Position numbers and translations under genes: made by a program. 38,903 nt of DNA from a virus (lineage: Duplodnaviria; Caudoviricetes): the IMG/VR virus record IMGVR_UViG_3300027205_000004, positions 1-38,903 of that record. One strand, given 5' to 3'. Each line of letters starts with the position of its first letter. The first letter of the stretch is position 1. Positions 1 to 9,493 of this stretch are shown here, one piece after another. The notes below the pieces were generated by a model that made no database searches, had not been told where the DNA came from, and was given only the letters and a program-made list of their open reading frames with translations.

Positions 1-13
1 GGTAATTTCGAAC
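1..13. repeat. Left copy of 13-nt terminal direct repeat (candidate cohesive end or circular overlap)
   Basis: GGTAATTTCGAAC at 1-13 is identical to 38891-38903. Confidence 0.9.
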
Positions 14-171
14 CCCTTTCTACAGCTAGCGGTAGGGATATGCGTGTCGCAGCATTCCCACATGAGACGCACTTAAGACGCCAAAACGCAAAAGTTGACC
101 ATTATATGCGCCAGAATCGTTACGCGGCACTATTTCGCTTAAAACGGCGCTGTTGGCCTTAAATTGCTCGT

Positions 172-654
172 ATGCAGGTCTGCAACACCAAGGAACTGGC
201 TGAGGAGCTGGGCATCACGCAAGCCCGGATCAGTCAGATGAAGAGCCAAGGGCGGTTTGACGGCTGCTTCGCGGTGAACAGGAACAAGATCGAGTGGGAC
301 AAGGAAGCAGCGGTCAAGGCGTACAGGGAAGGCAACCCGTTGGCCAGCGTGAGTCCCACGCGTCGCAAATCAGAAGACCTTGAGATTCCGACATTCAATG
401 AAAGCCGTGCGAAGTCAGAGCATTTTCGTGCGGAGCTGGCTCGCTTGGATCTGGAGGTCAAAGAAGATCAACTCGTGGAAGTTGCTCGTGTACAGCGGGA
501 GGCTTTCACTGCTGCTCGTGCTGTACGGGATGCTTTGGGTAATATTCCTGATCGCGTCAGCAACCAGTTGGCTGCAGAGTCAGATCCTGTTGTCATTCAC
601 CAGACGTTGACCGAGGAGATCCGCAAGGCGTTGGAGACCTTGACCGATGCGTGA
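172..654 (+). CDS. terS: Terminase small subunit (Nu1-like)
   Basis: N-terminal HTH (TKELAEELGITQARISQM), coiled-coil C-terminus, overlaps large terminase. Confidence 0.85.
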   Translation: MQVCNTKELAEELGITQARISQMKSQGRFDGCFAVNRNKIEWDKEAAVKAYREGNPLASVSPTRRKSEDLEIPTFNESRAKSEHFRAELARLDLEVKEDQLVEVARVQREAFTAARAVRDALGNIPDRVSNQLAAESDPVVIHQTLTEEIRKALETLTDA

Positions 655-2560
655 CGGAGCATTGCTGTATCGGCAGGCATTTCGCGACGGCCTCCGTCCT
701 GACCCTGATTTGTCCGTAAGTCAGTGGGCGGATCTGTACCGGATGTTGTCCAACAAAGCCAGCGCCGAGCCGGGACCGTGGCGGACGGAAAGGACTCCTT
801 ACCTCAAGGAGATTATGGACTGCATGTCTGCCAACTCCGCCGTTCAGAAGGTGGTATTCATGGCTGGTGCGCAGCTTGGCAAGACAGAAGCGATCAACAA
901 CGTGGTGGGCTACATGATCGCCCATGCGCCGGGACCAGCACTTTTCGTGCAGCCGACGATTGAGATGGCTAAAAGATTGTCAAAGCAGCGGCTTGATTCG
1001 CTGATTCATGAGACACCGTGCCTTGCCGACAAGGTCGCTCCTGCTCGAAGCCGCGATTCAGGCAACACGATGTTTTCAAAGGAGTTCCCCGGCGGGATCC
1101 TGTTACTCACGGGTGCCAACAGTGCTACGGGCTTACGGTCTGCTCCTTGTCGCTGGGTGCTTCTTGATGAGGTTGATGCTTTTCCGAGTGATGTGGACGG
1201 TGAAGGCGACCCTTGTGCATTGGCTGAGCGTCGTGCGTCAACCTTTTCTCGTCGGAAGATCATCCTTACGTCCACGCCAACGGTAAAGGATACGAGCCGG
1301 ATTGAGACGGAGTATCTGGCGTCGGATCAACGTCGATATTTTGTTCCATGCGTTCATTGCGATCACATGCAGTGGTTGCAGTGGAAGAACCTGCAGTGGC
1401 GTGACGGTGATCCAAAGACTGCTGCGTATGTCTGCGAGGCTTGCGGGGCGCACATACCAGAGCATTACAAGAGTGAAATGCTGCGCAAAGGTGAGTGGCG
1501 TGCGACGGCCACAAGCCAAGATGCAAGGACGGTTGGATTCCATTTGTCCTCCTTGTACTCTCCACTTGGGTGGAAGAGCTGGGAAGAAATTGTTGGCGAA
1601 TTTTTACGTGCGAAGAACGACGCTCCGTTGTTGAAGACGTTCGTTAATACCATTTTGGGCGAAACTTGGGAGGAAGAAACTGGGGCAAAACTTGGTGCCG
1701 ATAGCCTTTCTGAGCGAGCCGAGTTCTATCCCGCCGGTGAAATCCCGAAAGGTGCTTCGATACTGACTGCTGGCGTTGACGTGCAGGACAACAGGGTCGC
1801 TGTTGGGCTTTATGCGTGGGGTGCTGGTGAGGAGAGCTGGCTGATCAGTCACACAGAGATTTACGGCGATCCAGCCGGACAAAAGTTGTGGGAACAAGTT
1901 GATGACCTCTTGCTAAGGGATTACCCGCATGCCGATGGCGGAAGACTGAAAGTTTCGGCAATTGGTGTTGACTCCGGCGGTCACTTCACAAGCGAAGTGT
2001 ATGCGTACGCCAGAGCCAGAAAGGGAAAGGGTGTGTTTGCTTTGAAAGGGCAATCGGTGCGGAACAAACCGCCTATTGGGAAGCCTTCCAAGGTGGATAT
2101 TAACTACAAAGGGCAAGTTTTGAAAAATTCGGCCGAGGTGTTCCCTGTCGGTTCTGACACGATCAAGTCAACGTTGTTCGGCAGATTGAAGCACAACGAG
2201 CATGGCGCTGGTTACATCCACTTCCACGCCGAGGCCGGTCAGGAGTACTTCAAGCAAATCACGTCGGAGCGTCAGGTTGTCCGCTACGTCAAGGGTTTTG
2301 CGATTCGAGAGTGGAAAAAGCGACCGGGTGATCGCAACGAGGCATTGGACTGTTTTGTGTACAGCTATGCGGCGCTGCACTTTCTGTACATGCGCTTCAA
2401 CAGGAACACGATTTTTGAGCAGTTTGAGCGGAGTATTGGCAAGGCTGCAAAAAAAGCAGATACAAGTGACGTATTGCCTGACAAGCCGATAGACTCAACA
2501 TATCGGCCACCGCAAAGGCGGGTACGGCGCAGCAATCCTTCATTCGTGACGAGCTGGTGA
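647..2560 (+). CDS. terL: Terminase large subunit, lambda GpA family
   Basis: GPWRTERTPY, Walker A AQLGKTE, Walker B LLDEVD, STPT, GVDVQ nuclease motif, RNEALDC. Confidence 0.97.
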   Translation: MRDGALLYRQAFRDGLRPDPDLSVSQWADLYRMLSNKASAEPGPWRTERTPYLKEIMDCMSANSAVQKVVFMAGAQLGKTEAINNVVGYMIAHAPGPALFVQPTIEMAKRLSKQRLDSLIHETPCLADKVAPARSRDSGNTMFSKEFPGGILLLTGANSATGLRSAPCRWVLLDEVDAFPSDVDGEGDPCALAERRASTFSRRKIILTSTPTVKDTSRIETEYLASDQRRYFVPCVHCDHMQWLQWKNLQWRDGDPKTAAYVCEACGAHIPEHYKSEMLRKGEWRATATSQDARTVGFHLSSLYSPLGWKSWEEIVGEFLRAKNDAPLLKTFVNTILGETWEEETGAKLGADSLSERAEFYPAGEIPKGASILTAGVDVQDNRVAVGLYAWGAGEESWLISHTEIYGDPAGQKLWEQVDDLLLRDYPHADGGRLKVSAIGVDSGGHFTSEVYAYARARKGKGVFALKGQSVRNKPPIGKPSKVDINYKGQVLKNSAEVFPVGSDTIKSTLFGRLKHNEHGAGYIHFHAEAGQEYFKQITSERQVVRYVKGFAIREWKKRPGDRNEALDCFVYSYAALHFLYMRFNRNTIFEQFERSIGKAAKKADTSDVLPDKPIDSTYRPPQRRVRRSNPSFVTSW

Positions 2561-3135
2561 GCATCCTTGTCCCGAACCTGATTTACGCGGGTGACACCGT
2601 CATTTTTGACGTACCTGCGTTCAAGGACGCTATTGGCACGAACATCGACAGCGGCACCTACACGCTCACGTGGTACGCACGGACGAATACTGCAAGTGAA
2701 GGCACGACTGTTGTTGGCACTGCTGAAGGCACTGGTTGGCGGGTGACGGTGCCTGCATCGACCACCACTGGCTTTGACGCTGGCCTGTGGACTTGGCAGG
2801 CGATTGCCACCTACAGCACGCTGCAGTACACCGCTGGTCGCGGTCAGTTCACCGTCAAGGCCACTGCTAAATACGCTGGCTCGCCCGGTGCGTTTGATGA
2901 TCGGTCTCGTGCTGAGATTGACCTGTCTTACGTTGAGGCAGCCATCCGTACGCTCGCTCAAGGCGGGATGGTGCAGGAATATCAGATTGGCGGACGTAGC
3001 CTGAAGCGGTACAAGATGGCCGAGCTTCTTCAATTGCAAGATAGTTTGAAAGCTGAAATTGCAATGGAGCGGAAAGCTGAGAAAATCCGTCAGGGTCTCG
3101 GCAATCCCGGTCTCGCCAAAGTGAGGTTCCGTTAA
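2557..3135 (+). CDS. Head-tail adaptor (gpW-like C-terminal domain plus N-terminal beta domain)
   Basis: VQEYQIGGRSLKRY..ELLQL motif; sits between terminase and portal. Confidence 0.7.
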   Translation: MSILVPNLIYAGDTVIFDVPAFKDAIGTNIDSGTYTLTWYARTNTASEGTTVVGTAEGTGWRVTVPASTTTGFDAGLWTWQAIATYSTLQYTAGRGQFTVKATAKYAGSPGAFDDRSRAEIDLSYVEAAIRTLAQGGMVQEYQIGGRSLKRYKMAELLQLQDSLKAEIAMERKAEKIRQGLGNPGLAKVRFR

Positions 3136-4694
3136 TGGCGATCTTCGGTATCGGTCGCACCGGCGCGTTGCAGAAGCAACTGGCTGAAGCGCAGCAGAAG
3201 AATGGTTACCTGAAGCGTGCGTATGCCGCCGCTCAGAACAACCGCCTCACGTCTGACTGGATCAGTCAAGCCACATCGGCTGACAGCGAGATCCGAGGCA
3301 GCATCAGGATGCTTCGCAATCGCGCCCGTCAACTGGTGCGTGATTCCGACTTTGCCAAGTCTGCGCTGCGAGCCGTTCGCAACAACGTCGTTGGCACCGG
3401 CATCAGGATGCAGGCTCAGGTGCGCATGCAACGTGGTGGGCGCCTTGCTGATGAGATCAATCGCCGCATCGAAGAGGAATTTGACCGCTGGACTTCAGCC
3501 AAGCGTTGTCACGCCGGCGGCAAACTGAGCTGGTATGACATCCAACGCCTCAGCATCACCTCTGTTCTTGAATCCGGTGAAGTCTTCATCCGTCTTGTCA
3601 AGCAACCCTTCGGTGGCAGCAAAGTGCCGCTCGGGCTTGAACTCATCGAGTCGGATCTTCTTGATGATGATTACAGCGGCATCGAAAAGAACGGCAATGA
3701 AGTACGAATGGGCGTGGAGATTGACAAGTGGGGCAGACCGGTTGCCTATCACTTCTTTGATTACCACCCTGGCGATTACCAATTTGCTTACGCCGCAAAG
3801 GCAATGAAGCGCCGCGTGCGCATTCCTGCTGAAGACATCATTCACCTCTACCTCATTGAACGCCCCGGCCAGACGCGTGGTGTTAGCGCGTTTGCTACGG
3901 CGATCATGCGCCTGCGCAATTTGTCTGGCTACGAAGAAGCTGAGATTGTCGCGGCTCGCGCCAGCAGCAGCATGATGGCGTTCGTGAAGACACCGGATCA
4001 GGAGCTGTTTGAAGATGGCACGTTTGATCAGGAGTCTGTCCTCGACTTCTCACCCGGCAGCATCCGCCGATTGGCTCCCGGTGAAGAGATGCAGTTCTTC
4101 ACGCCCAATCGCCCTGATGATGCATTCACTCCTTTTGTGCAGCAAATGCTGCGAGCTGTGGCTGCTGGGATTGGCTGTTCTTACACGCAAGTCAGCTCAG
4201 ATTTCTCTCAGAGCAACTACAGCTCTTCACGACTGGAACTGCTTGAAACAAGAACGCATTACAAAACACTCCAGCAATACTTGATCGAATCGCTGTGCGA
4301 AGAGGTCTACGAGAAATGGATTGAAATGGCAGTGTTGGCCGGCGTTCTGGATCTGCCAAATTACGACAGCAACCCTGAGCGTTACGAAGAAGCCAAGTGG
4401 ATTGCACCCGCTGCTCAGTTCGTTGATCCGCAGAAAGAAGCTGCTGCTTACAAGGAACTAATCCGCTCAGGCATCATGACGCTCTCGCAGGTGATCGCCC
4501 TGCATGGTGGTGACTTTGAAGATCAAATGCGTCAACGCCAGCATGAACTTGCTGTTGCTGATGAGTACGGCATTGTCCTTGATACCGACCCGTCGCAGGT
4601 TTCTAACAACGGTGTTTCTCAACCTGTTCCTGTTGCTTCAACTGAACATCCGATGGAACATGAGGAAGAACCTGAACTTGAGGACATCGACTGA
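3135..4694 (+). CDS. Portal protein, lambda family
   Basis: LRNRARQLVRD, RPGQTRGVS, DFSQSNYSSSR, VDPQKE motifs. Confidence 0.95.
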   Translation: MAIFGIGRTGALQKQLAEAQQKNGYLKRAYAAAQNNRLTSDWISQATSADSEIRGSIRMLRNRARQLVRDSDFAKSALRAVRNNVVGTGIRMQAQVRMQRGGRLADEINRRIEEEFDRWTSAKRCHAGGKLSWYDIQRLSITSVLESGEVFIRLVKQPFGGSKVPLGLELIESDLLDDDYSGIEKNGNEVRMGVEIDKWGRPVAYHFFDYHPGDYQFAYAAKAMKRRVRIPAEDIIHLYLIERPGQTRGVSAFATAIMRLRNLSGYEEAEIVAARASSSMMAFVKTPDQELFEDGTFDQESVLDFSPGSIRRLAPGEEMQFFTPNRPDDAFTPFVQQMLRAVAAGIGCSYTQVSSDFSQSNYSSSRLELLETRTHYKTLQQYLIESLCEEVYEKWIEMAVLAGVLDLPNYDSNPERYEEAKWIAPAAQFVDPQKEAAAYKELIRSGIMTLSQVIALHGGDFEDQMRQRQHELAVADEYGIVLDTDPSQVSNNGVSQPVPVASTEHPMEHEEEPELEDID

Positions 4695-7357
4695 TGGCAA
4701 AGGTTGGTGATAAAACAATCGACCTGATGCCAACAGAAGGCATGAAGGCCGAAGCGCGTCGTTATCGCGCATGGAAGAAAGACGGTCGCCCCGGTGGCAC
4801 TGATGTTGCCGCTACGCGTGCCGGCCAGATCCTTTCCGGCGATGAACTGAGTCCTGAGACTGTCATCACGATGGCCGCATGGTTTGCTCGCCATGAGGTT
4901 GACAAGCAGGGCAAAGGCTTCCGTCCTGGTGGTGAAGACTATCCTTCGCCGGGTCGCGTAGCATGGGCGGCATGGGGCGGTGATTCAGGTCAAACCTGGA
5001 GCAACATGAAATCCAAAGCCATCAAAAAAGCACAGGAGCGTGCCATGGAAATCAACGAAGAGATCGTCGATGGTCGCCCCTATCCAAATGAGCATGCTGC
5101 TCGCCTGACTGATCCTGATCAGTACGACAGCATCCGCCGCGTCAATGATGAATTCGGCGCTGGCATTGATGCTATTTATGGGATCAACGAAGGCACCTCT
5201 GAGTTGCAGGCCATCCGCTTTGATGCTGACCGTTTTACGCCTGCCGAGGCTCGCGAATGGCTGAGCGATCACGACTTTGACCCGATGATGTTTGAAGAAG
5301 CCACCGATGAACGCGAAGAGGAGCGTGCTGCCCCTGACGCCGTCAAGGTTGGTGATTTTGTAGAGTGGGATTCAAGTGGTGGCACCGCACGCGGAAAAGT
5401 TGAACACGTGATGCGTGAAGGTGTACTTGGTGTTCCTGATTCTTCGTTTAGCATTAACGCATCTGAAGAAGATCCCGCTGCGTTGATTCGCGTGTACCGC
5501 AAAGACAGCGAAGGTAGTTACAAAGAGACCGAGACTTTGGTCGGTCATAAGTTCTCTGAACTTCGCAAGATTGCTGCGCTGCGTTTCTTTGAAGGCGAGA
5601 CGCTCAAGCGTTCACTGAGTACTGAATTCCGCTCCGACTCCGAAGATCGCACGCTTGAGTTCCCCTTTGCCAGCGAAGCGCCTGTTGAGCGTTACTACGG
5701 CATGGAAGTGTTGAGCATGGATGCCAAGTCCATGGATCTCACCCGTCTCAATGATGGTGCGCCTCTGTTGTACCAACACGATGCAGACAAGATCGTCGGC
5801 GTTGTACAGAAGGCTTACATCAAAAACAAGCGTGCCTATGCACGCGTAAAACTCGCGAACAACGAACTGGGTCGCGAGATGCAAGAGTTGATCAAGGATG
5901 GAATCATCCGCAATGTCAGCTTCGGCTACAAGATCAACTCCATGGAAGCCGATGAGTCCACATCACCTGTGACTTATCGCGCTACCAGTTTCCAACCGTT
6001 TGAAATAAGCCTGGTCACCGTGCCGGCTGATAATTCGGTTGGAATCGGACGTTCTTTCTCCCATAATGAGAACGTCGATACGGCCTCAGCCGTTCACAGT
6101 CAACCCAACGGAGTTACAACCGTGGATCAAAACCTCAATGTTGAGGCTATCCGCGCTGAGGCCGCTCAGGCCAAGGCTAAGGAAATGGCCGACATGATTG
6201 CTCTTGGTCAACGCACCAAGAACATTGAAATGGCTCAGGAGTTCATTGCTAACTCCCGCAGCCTCGATGAGCTTCGCTCTGCCCTTCTGGAAAAGATGGG
6301 TGTGGAAGAGAAGCCCCTGAACCCCAAGGATGCCGAGATCGGCATGTCGGACAAAGAGAAGCGTGACTTCTCCTTCATCCGCGCCATCAACGCTCTGGCT
6401 CACCCCAACAGCCAAGAAGCTCAGCGTGCTGCTGCTTTCGAAATGGAAGTCAGCCGTGCTGCTCAGCAGAAGTCTGGCAAGGAAGCCCGTGGCATCCTGA
6501 TCCCCGCTGATGTGCTGGGTTATGGCCGCCGTGACCTGACCGTGGGTTCTGCCTCCGGTGGTGGTGATTTGGTTGCCACCGATCTGATGAGCGACAGCTT
6601 CATCGATCTGCTCCGCAAGGCTCTTGTGCTGCAGACCGCTGGCGCGACTGTGATGACCGGCCTCCAAGGCATGGTTGCTCTGCCCCGTCAGTCTGGTGGT
6701 GCCACTGTGTACCACGTTGCTGAGTCCGGCTCGATCACCGAAGGTCAACTGACCGTCGACCAGGTGACGATGCAGCCCCGCACGATTGGTGCGCTGACTG
6801 ATTACTCGCGTCGTCTGCTGCTTCAGTCCAGCATCGACATCGAGAACCTGGTGCGTCGCGATCTGGCTCAACAGATTGCTATCGAAGTTGAGAACCAAGC
6901 CATCAACGGTATTGGCGCTGCTTCGTATCCGCTGGGCTTCCTGAACGTGACCGGTATCAACACCGAGTCCGGTTACACCACGTTCCTGGATTACGTGAAT
7001 GCTGAGGCCGCTCTCAGCACCGACAACGCCCTGCTGGGCAGCCTCGGTTACATGATGAATTCCGCTCTGCGCGGGACTCTGAAGACCACCGAGAAGTCGG
7101 CCACCGGCACCAACGCCAACTTCATCTACGAAGCCGATAACACCATCAATGGTTACCCGGCTTATGTGTCCAACTCCATGCCGAACAACACTGCGGTGTT
7201 CGCTAACTTCAGCGACATCCTGATCGGCTTCTGGAGCGGTCTGGACATCATGGTTGATCCTTACACCGGTTCCGCTTCCGGCACCGTGCGTGTGGTGGCC
7301 ATGCAGGACTATGACGTGGCCATCCGTCACCCTGAGTCCATCTGCAAGCTGTCCTGA
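4694..7357 (+). CDS. Fused accessory domains + HK97-type prohead protease + major capsid protein
   Basis: Protease motifs LLYQHD, NVSFGY, EISLVTVPAD; HK97-fold capsid in the C-terminal ~410 aa. Confidence 0.92.
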   Translation: MAKVGDKTIDLMPTEGMKAEARRYRAWKKDGRPGGTDVAATRAGQILSGDELSPETVITMAAWFARHEVDKQGKGFRPGGEDYPSPGRVAWAAWGGDSGQTWSNMKSKAIKKAQERAMEINEEIVDGRPYPNEHAARLTDPDQYDSIRRVNDEFGAGIDAIYGINEGTSELQAIRFDADRFTPAEAREWLSDHDFDPMMFEEATDEREEERAAPDAVKVGDFVEWDSSGGTARGKVEHVMREGVLGVPDSSFSINASEEDPAALIRVYRKDSEGSYKETETLVGHKFSELRKIAALRFFEGETLKRSLSTEFRSDSEDRTLEFPFASEAPVERYYGMEVLSMDAKSMDLTRLNDGAPLLYQHDADKIVGVVQKAYIKNKRAYARVKLANNELGREMQELIKDGIIRNVSFGYKINSMEADESTSPVTYRATSFQPFEISLVTVPADNSVGIGRSFSHNENVDTASAVHSQPNGVTTVDQNLNVEAIRAEAAQAKAKEMADMIALGQRTKNIEMAQEFIANSRSLDELRSALLEKMGVEEKPLNPKDAEIGMSDKEKRDFSFIRAINALAHPNSQEAQRAAAFEMEVSRAAQQKSGKEARGILIPADVLGYGRRDLTVGSASGGGDLVATDLMSDSFIDLLRKALVLQTAGATVMTGLQGMVALPRQSGGATVYHVAESGSITEGQLTVDQVTMQPRTIGALTDYSRRLLLQSSIDIENLVRRDLAQQIAIEVENQAINGIGAASYPLGFLNVTGINTESGYTTFLDYVNAEAALSTDNALLGSLGYMMNSALRGTLKTTEKSATGTNANFIYEADNTINGYPAYVSNSMPNNTAVFANFSDILIGFWSGLDIMVDPYTGSASGTVRVVAMQDYDVAIRHPESICKLS

Positions 7358-7605
7358 TGATTACGGAGCGGGTAATGCGCATTCAGATGCTGCGTGACAC
7401 CATCGTTGACCTCAAGCAGGTGAAAGTTGGTGATTTCGTAGAAACCGATAAAAAATCAGCTCTGCTGTTGATCGGTATTCAGAAGGCCATTCCCGCTCCA
7501 CTTTCTCAGGAAGTTGTTGTTACGGCTGACGAGCAGCCGGATCCTGTTCAAAGCAAACCCGCTCCCAAACGGAGAAAGACCAATGATCCACAACCTGGGG
7601 TCTAA
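7357..7605 (+). CDS. Small capsid-associated protein
   Basis: Directly follows capsid gene; basic C-terminal tail. Confidence 0.6.
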   Translation: MITERVMRIQMLRDTIVDLKQVKVGDFVETDKKSALLLIGIQKAIPAPLSQEVVVTADEQPDPVQSKPAPKRRKTNDPQPGV

Positions 7606-7972
7606 GACCTACATCGCCAGCCTCCTTCCGGCTGACTCCCGCACCGCTACTGCCACCGGCACCGGTTTCGATCTGCAAGGCTCGAACGATGCTGAAGGCG
7701 AAGCCATCGTGGTTCTCGACTGCGAAGCTGGTAGTGGCACCACCCCTACCCTGAACGTCAAGCTTCAGGATTCTGCTGACAACTCTGCTTGGGCAGACAT
7801 CACCGGTAAAACCTTCACCGAGGTGACCGGCGCTGCTGCTGCTTTCGAGAAGATCAGCATCAACACCAACGATGTGCGCCGTTATGTGCGTGCTGTCGGT
7901 ACTCAAGCTGGCACCACTCCTGTGTTCGTGTACGGCGTCTCGCTGGTTTACAGCAAGAAGTACGGCAACTGA
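7583..7972 (+). CDS. Putative capsid decoration/cement protein
   Basis: GGAG RBS before ATG 7583; beta-rich, KLQDSADN..W and RYVR motifs. Confidence 0.65.
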   Translation: MIHNLGSKTYIASLLPADSRTATATGTGFDLQGSNDAEGEAIVVLDCEAGSGTTPTLNVKLQDSADNSAWADITGKTFTEVTGAAAAFEKISINTNDVRRYVRAVGTQAGTTPVFVYGVSLVYSKKYGN

Positions 7973-7977
7973 TCCTG

Positions 7978-8259
7978 ATGGCGTTTCCAGAACTGCCAGA
8001 TGCTTTCCTGAACGAGTTTGGCGTCACCTGCCAAATCGGTGCTGGTACTGCGTTTCTTGGCATTCTGGATTCGCCTATGGATGTGATCGCGGGCGGTATG
8101 GCGTTGTCTCGGGAGTACTTGCTTACGGCAAAGACTTCTGATGTCAGCACTGCCGCTCGCGGCACTTCTATTACGGTTGATTCAGCGTCTTACACCGTGC
8201 GTGAGAATCGCCCTGTTGATGACGGTGTTTTTTCAGAACTACTATTGAGCAAAGTCTGA
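7978..8259 (+). CDS. Head-tail joining protein (gpFII-like)
   Basis: Size, position, YTVRENRPVDDG motif. Confidence 0.7.
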   Translation: MAFPELPDAFLNEFGVTCQIGAGTAFLGILDSPMDVIAGGMALSREYLLTAKTSDVSTAARGTSITVDSASYTVRENRPVDDGVFSELLLSKV

Positions 8260-8269
8260 CTTTGAGGTC

Positions 8270-8908
8270 ATGAGCAGCGTCTTCAAAGTCAACAGCAGAG
8301 CGAATTGGGCGGCACTGAATCCTGTGTTGCTTCCGGGTGAAGCCGCCATTGAGACACAGACAAATAATCTCAAGATTGGAGATGGTGTTTCAACTTGGAG
8401 CCGGCTTCCGTATTTTTCGTCTTCCGGTTACTGGGGTTCGTTTTGGGATGAAACCTCGCAAACCGCAACTGCCAATACGCCAACCGAGATTTATCTGAGA
8501 CAGCGTGATACCGGAAGCCGAGGCGTTCGAATTGTTTCAAATTCGCGCATTACTTTTTATCACGCTGGAATTTATAGCCTTACTCTTTCAATTCAATTCA
8601 GCAACACGGACAGCAGTATTCACGACGTGAATGTTTGGTTCCGCAAAAACAACAGTGGCGCCGCTGGCGATGTACCTGCTAGCGACAGCAAGTTCAGTGT
8701 TATTGCAAGCCATGGTGGCACTCCTGGCAACGTAATTGGCACTGTCAATTTTGTATTGCCGCTGGTTGCCAACGATTATTTGGAATTGATGTGGGCAACG
8801 TCAAATGCGCAAGCTTACATTCGTGCTGAGGCTGCAGAAACCAGTCCATTCGCTCATCCGAGCATTCCGGGCATCATCTGCACCGTTGTTCAAGTCGCCT
8901 CTGCCTGA
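8270..8908 (+). CDS. Fibre-like virion protein with Mtd/hyaluronidase-type N-terminal domain
   Basis: NWAALNPVLLPGE..ET.T..LKIGDG..W..LPY; C1q/BclA-like beta C-terminus. Confidence 0.65.
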   Translation: MSSVFKVNSRANWAALNPVLLPGEAAIETQTNNLKIGDGVSTWSRLPYFSSSGYWGSFWDETSQTATANTPTEIYLRQRDTGSRGVRIVSNSRITFYHAGIYSLTLSIQFSNTDSSIHDVNVWFRKNNSGAAGDVPASDSKFSVIASHGGTPGNVIGTVNFVLPLVANDYLELMWATSNAQAYIRAEAAETSPFAHPSIPGIICTVVQVASA

Positions 8909-8910
8909 TC

Positions 8911-9336
8911 ATGGCTGACACACGTCGCGAACTGATCCTTGCTCGGATCAAAAGCAATCTGGACAGCATCACCGGTGCAACGGTCTACCGCAGCCGTGTG
9001 GAGCCTTTGGCGCGTGGAGAGGTGCCTGCCGTCATTGTGGAGCCGGTCAACGATCAACCGATTGACACCAACTTTTACGACAAGTTGGACTGGACGATGC
9101 GGGTCAGGATTACCACCCTTGTTCGCGCTGCTATCCCTGACGACACTTCAGACACCTACACACAGCAGGTGCATCAAAAATTGATGGCTGATCAAACCGT
9201 AAATGGTTATGCACTTGACTTGACACCTGACCGTACTGACTTCAGCCTTTATGAAGCTGATGTGCCTTTGGGTATCATTAGCCAAGACTTCCTTGTGCGG
9301 TATCGCACGAGCAGGACTTCATTAACTAGCGCCTAA
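8911..9336 (+). CDS. Tail terminator / completion protein
   Basis: RRELILARI..VYRSR..P pattern; position before tail tube gene. Confidence 0.7.
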   Translation: MADTRRELILARIKSNLDSITGATVYRSRVEPLARGEVPAVIVEPVNDQPIDTNFYDKLDWTMRVRITTLVRAAIPDDTSDTYTQQVHQKLMADQTVNGYALDLTPDRTDFSLYEADVPLGIISQDFLVRYRTSRTSLTSA

Positions 9337-9340
9337 CATC

Positions 9341-9493
9341 ATGGCTAAGATTGAAAGGGAAGTTCCCAATCCCGGAGTGGGCGGCAGCTATTTGTTTGAC
9401 CCTAAGTCTGGGAAGCTTACACTGATCACAGAAACCGCCGCTCCTACCACCGATGGCACTGACTCGGAAGAAGTTTCTGATCGCGAAGATTGA
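9341..9493 (+). CDS. 50-aa small protein (MAKIEREVPNPGVGGSYLFDPKSGKLTL...), not in ORF track
   Basis: Manually translated; GGSY..DP..G motif typical of small genes preceding tail tube genes. Confidence 0.6.
   Translation: MAKIEREVPNPGVGGSYLFDPKSGKLTLITETAAPTTDGTDSEEVSDRED

Noticed and set aside
63-72. TGAGACGCAC shared between the left end and 30203-30212
   Set aside because: A single 10-bp match; both copies are intergenic but this is too weak to call without homologues.
6086-7330. 414-aa antisense ORF (also 9879-10844, 10948-11709, 19339-20073)
   Set aside because: Shadow frames of strongly codon-biased structural genes; no motifs or RBS.
8270-8908. Diversity-generating retroelement suggested by the Mtd-like domain
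   Set aside because: No reverse transcriptase and no TR/VR repeat pair seen in the genome.
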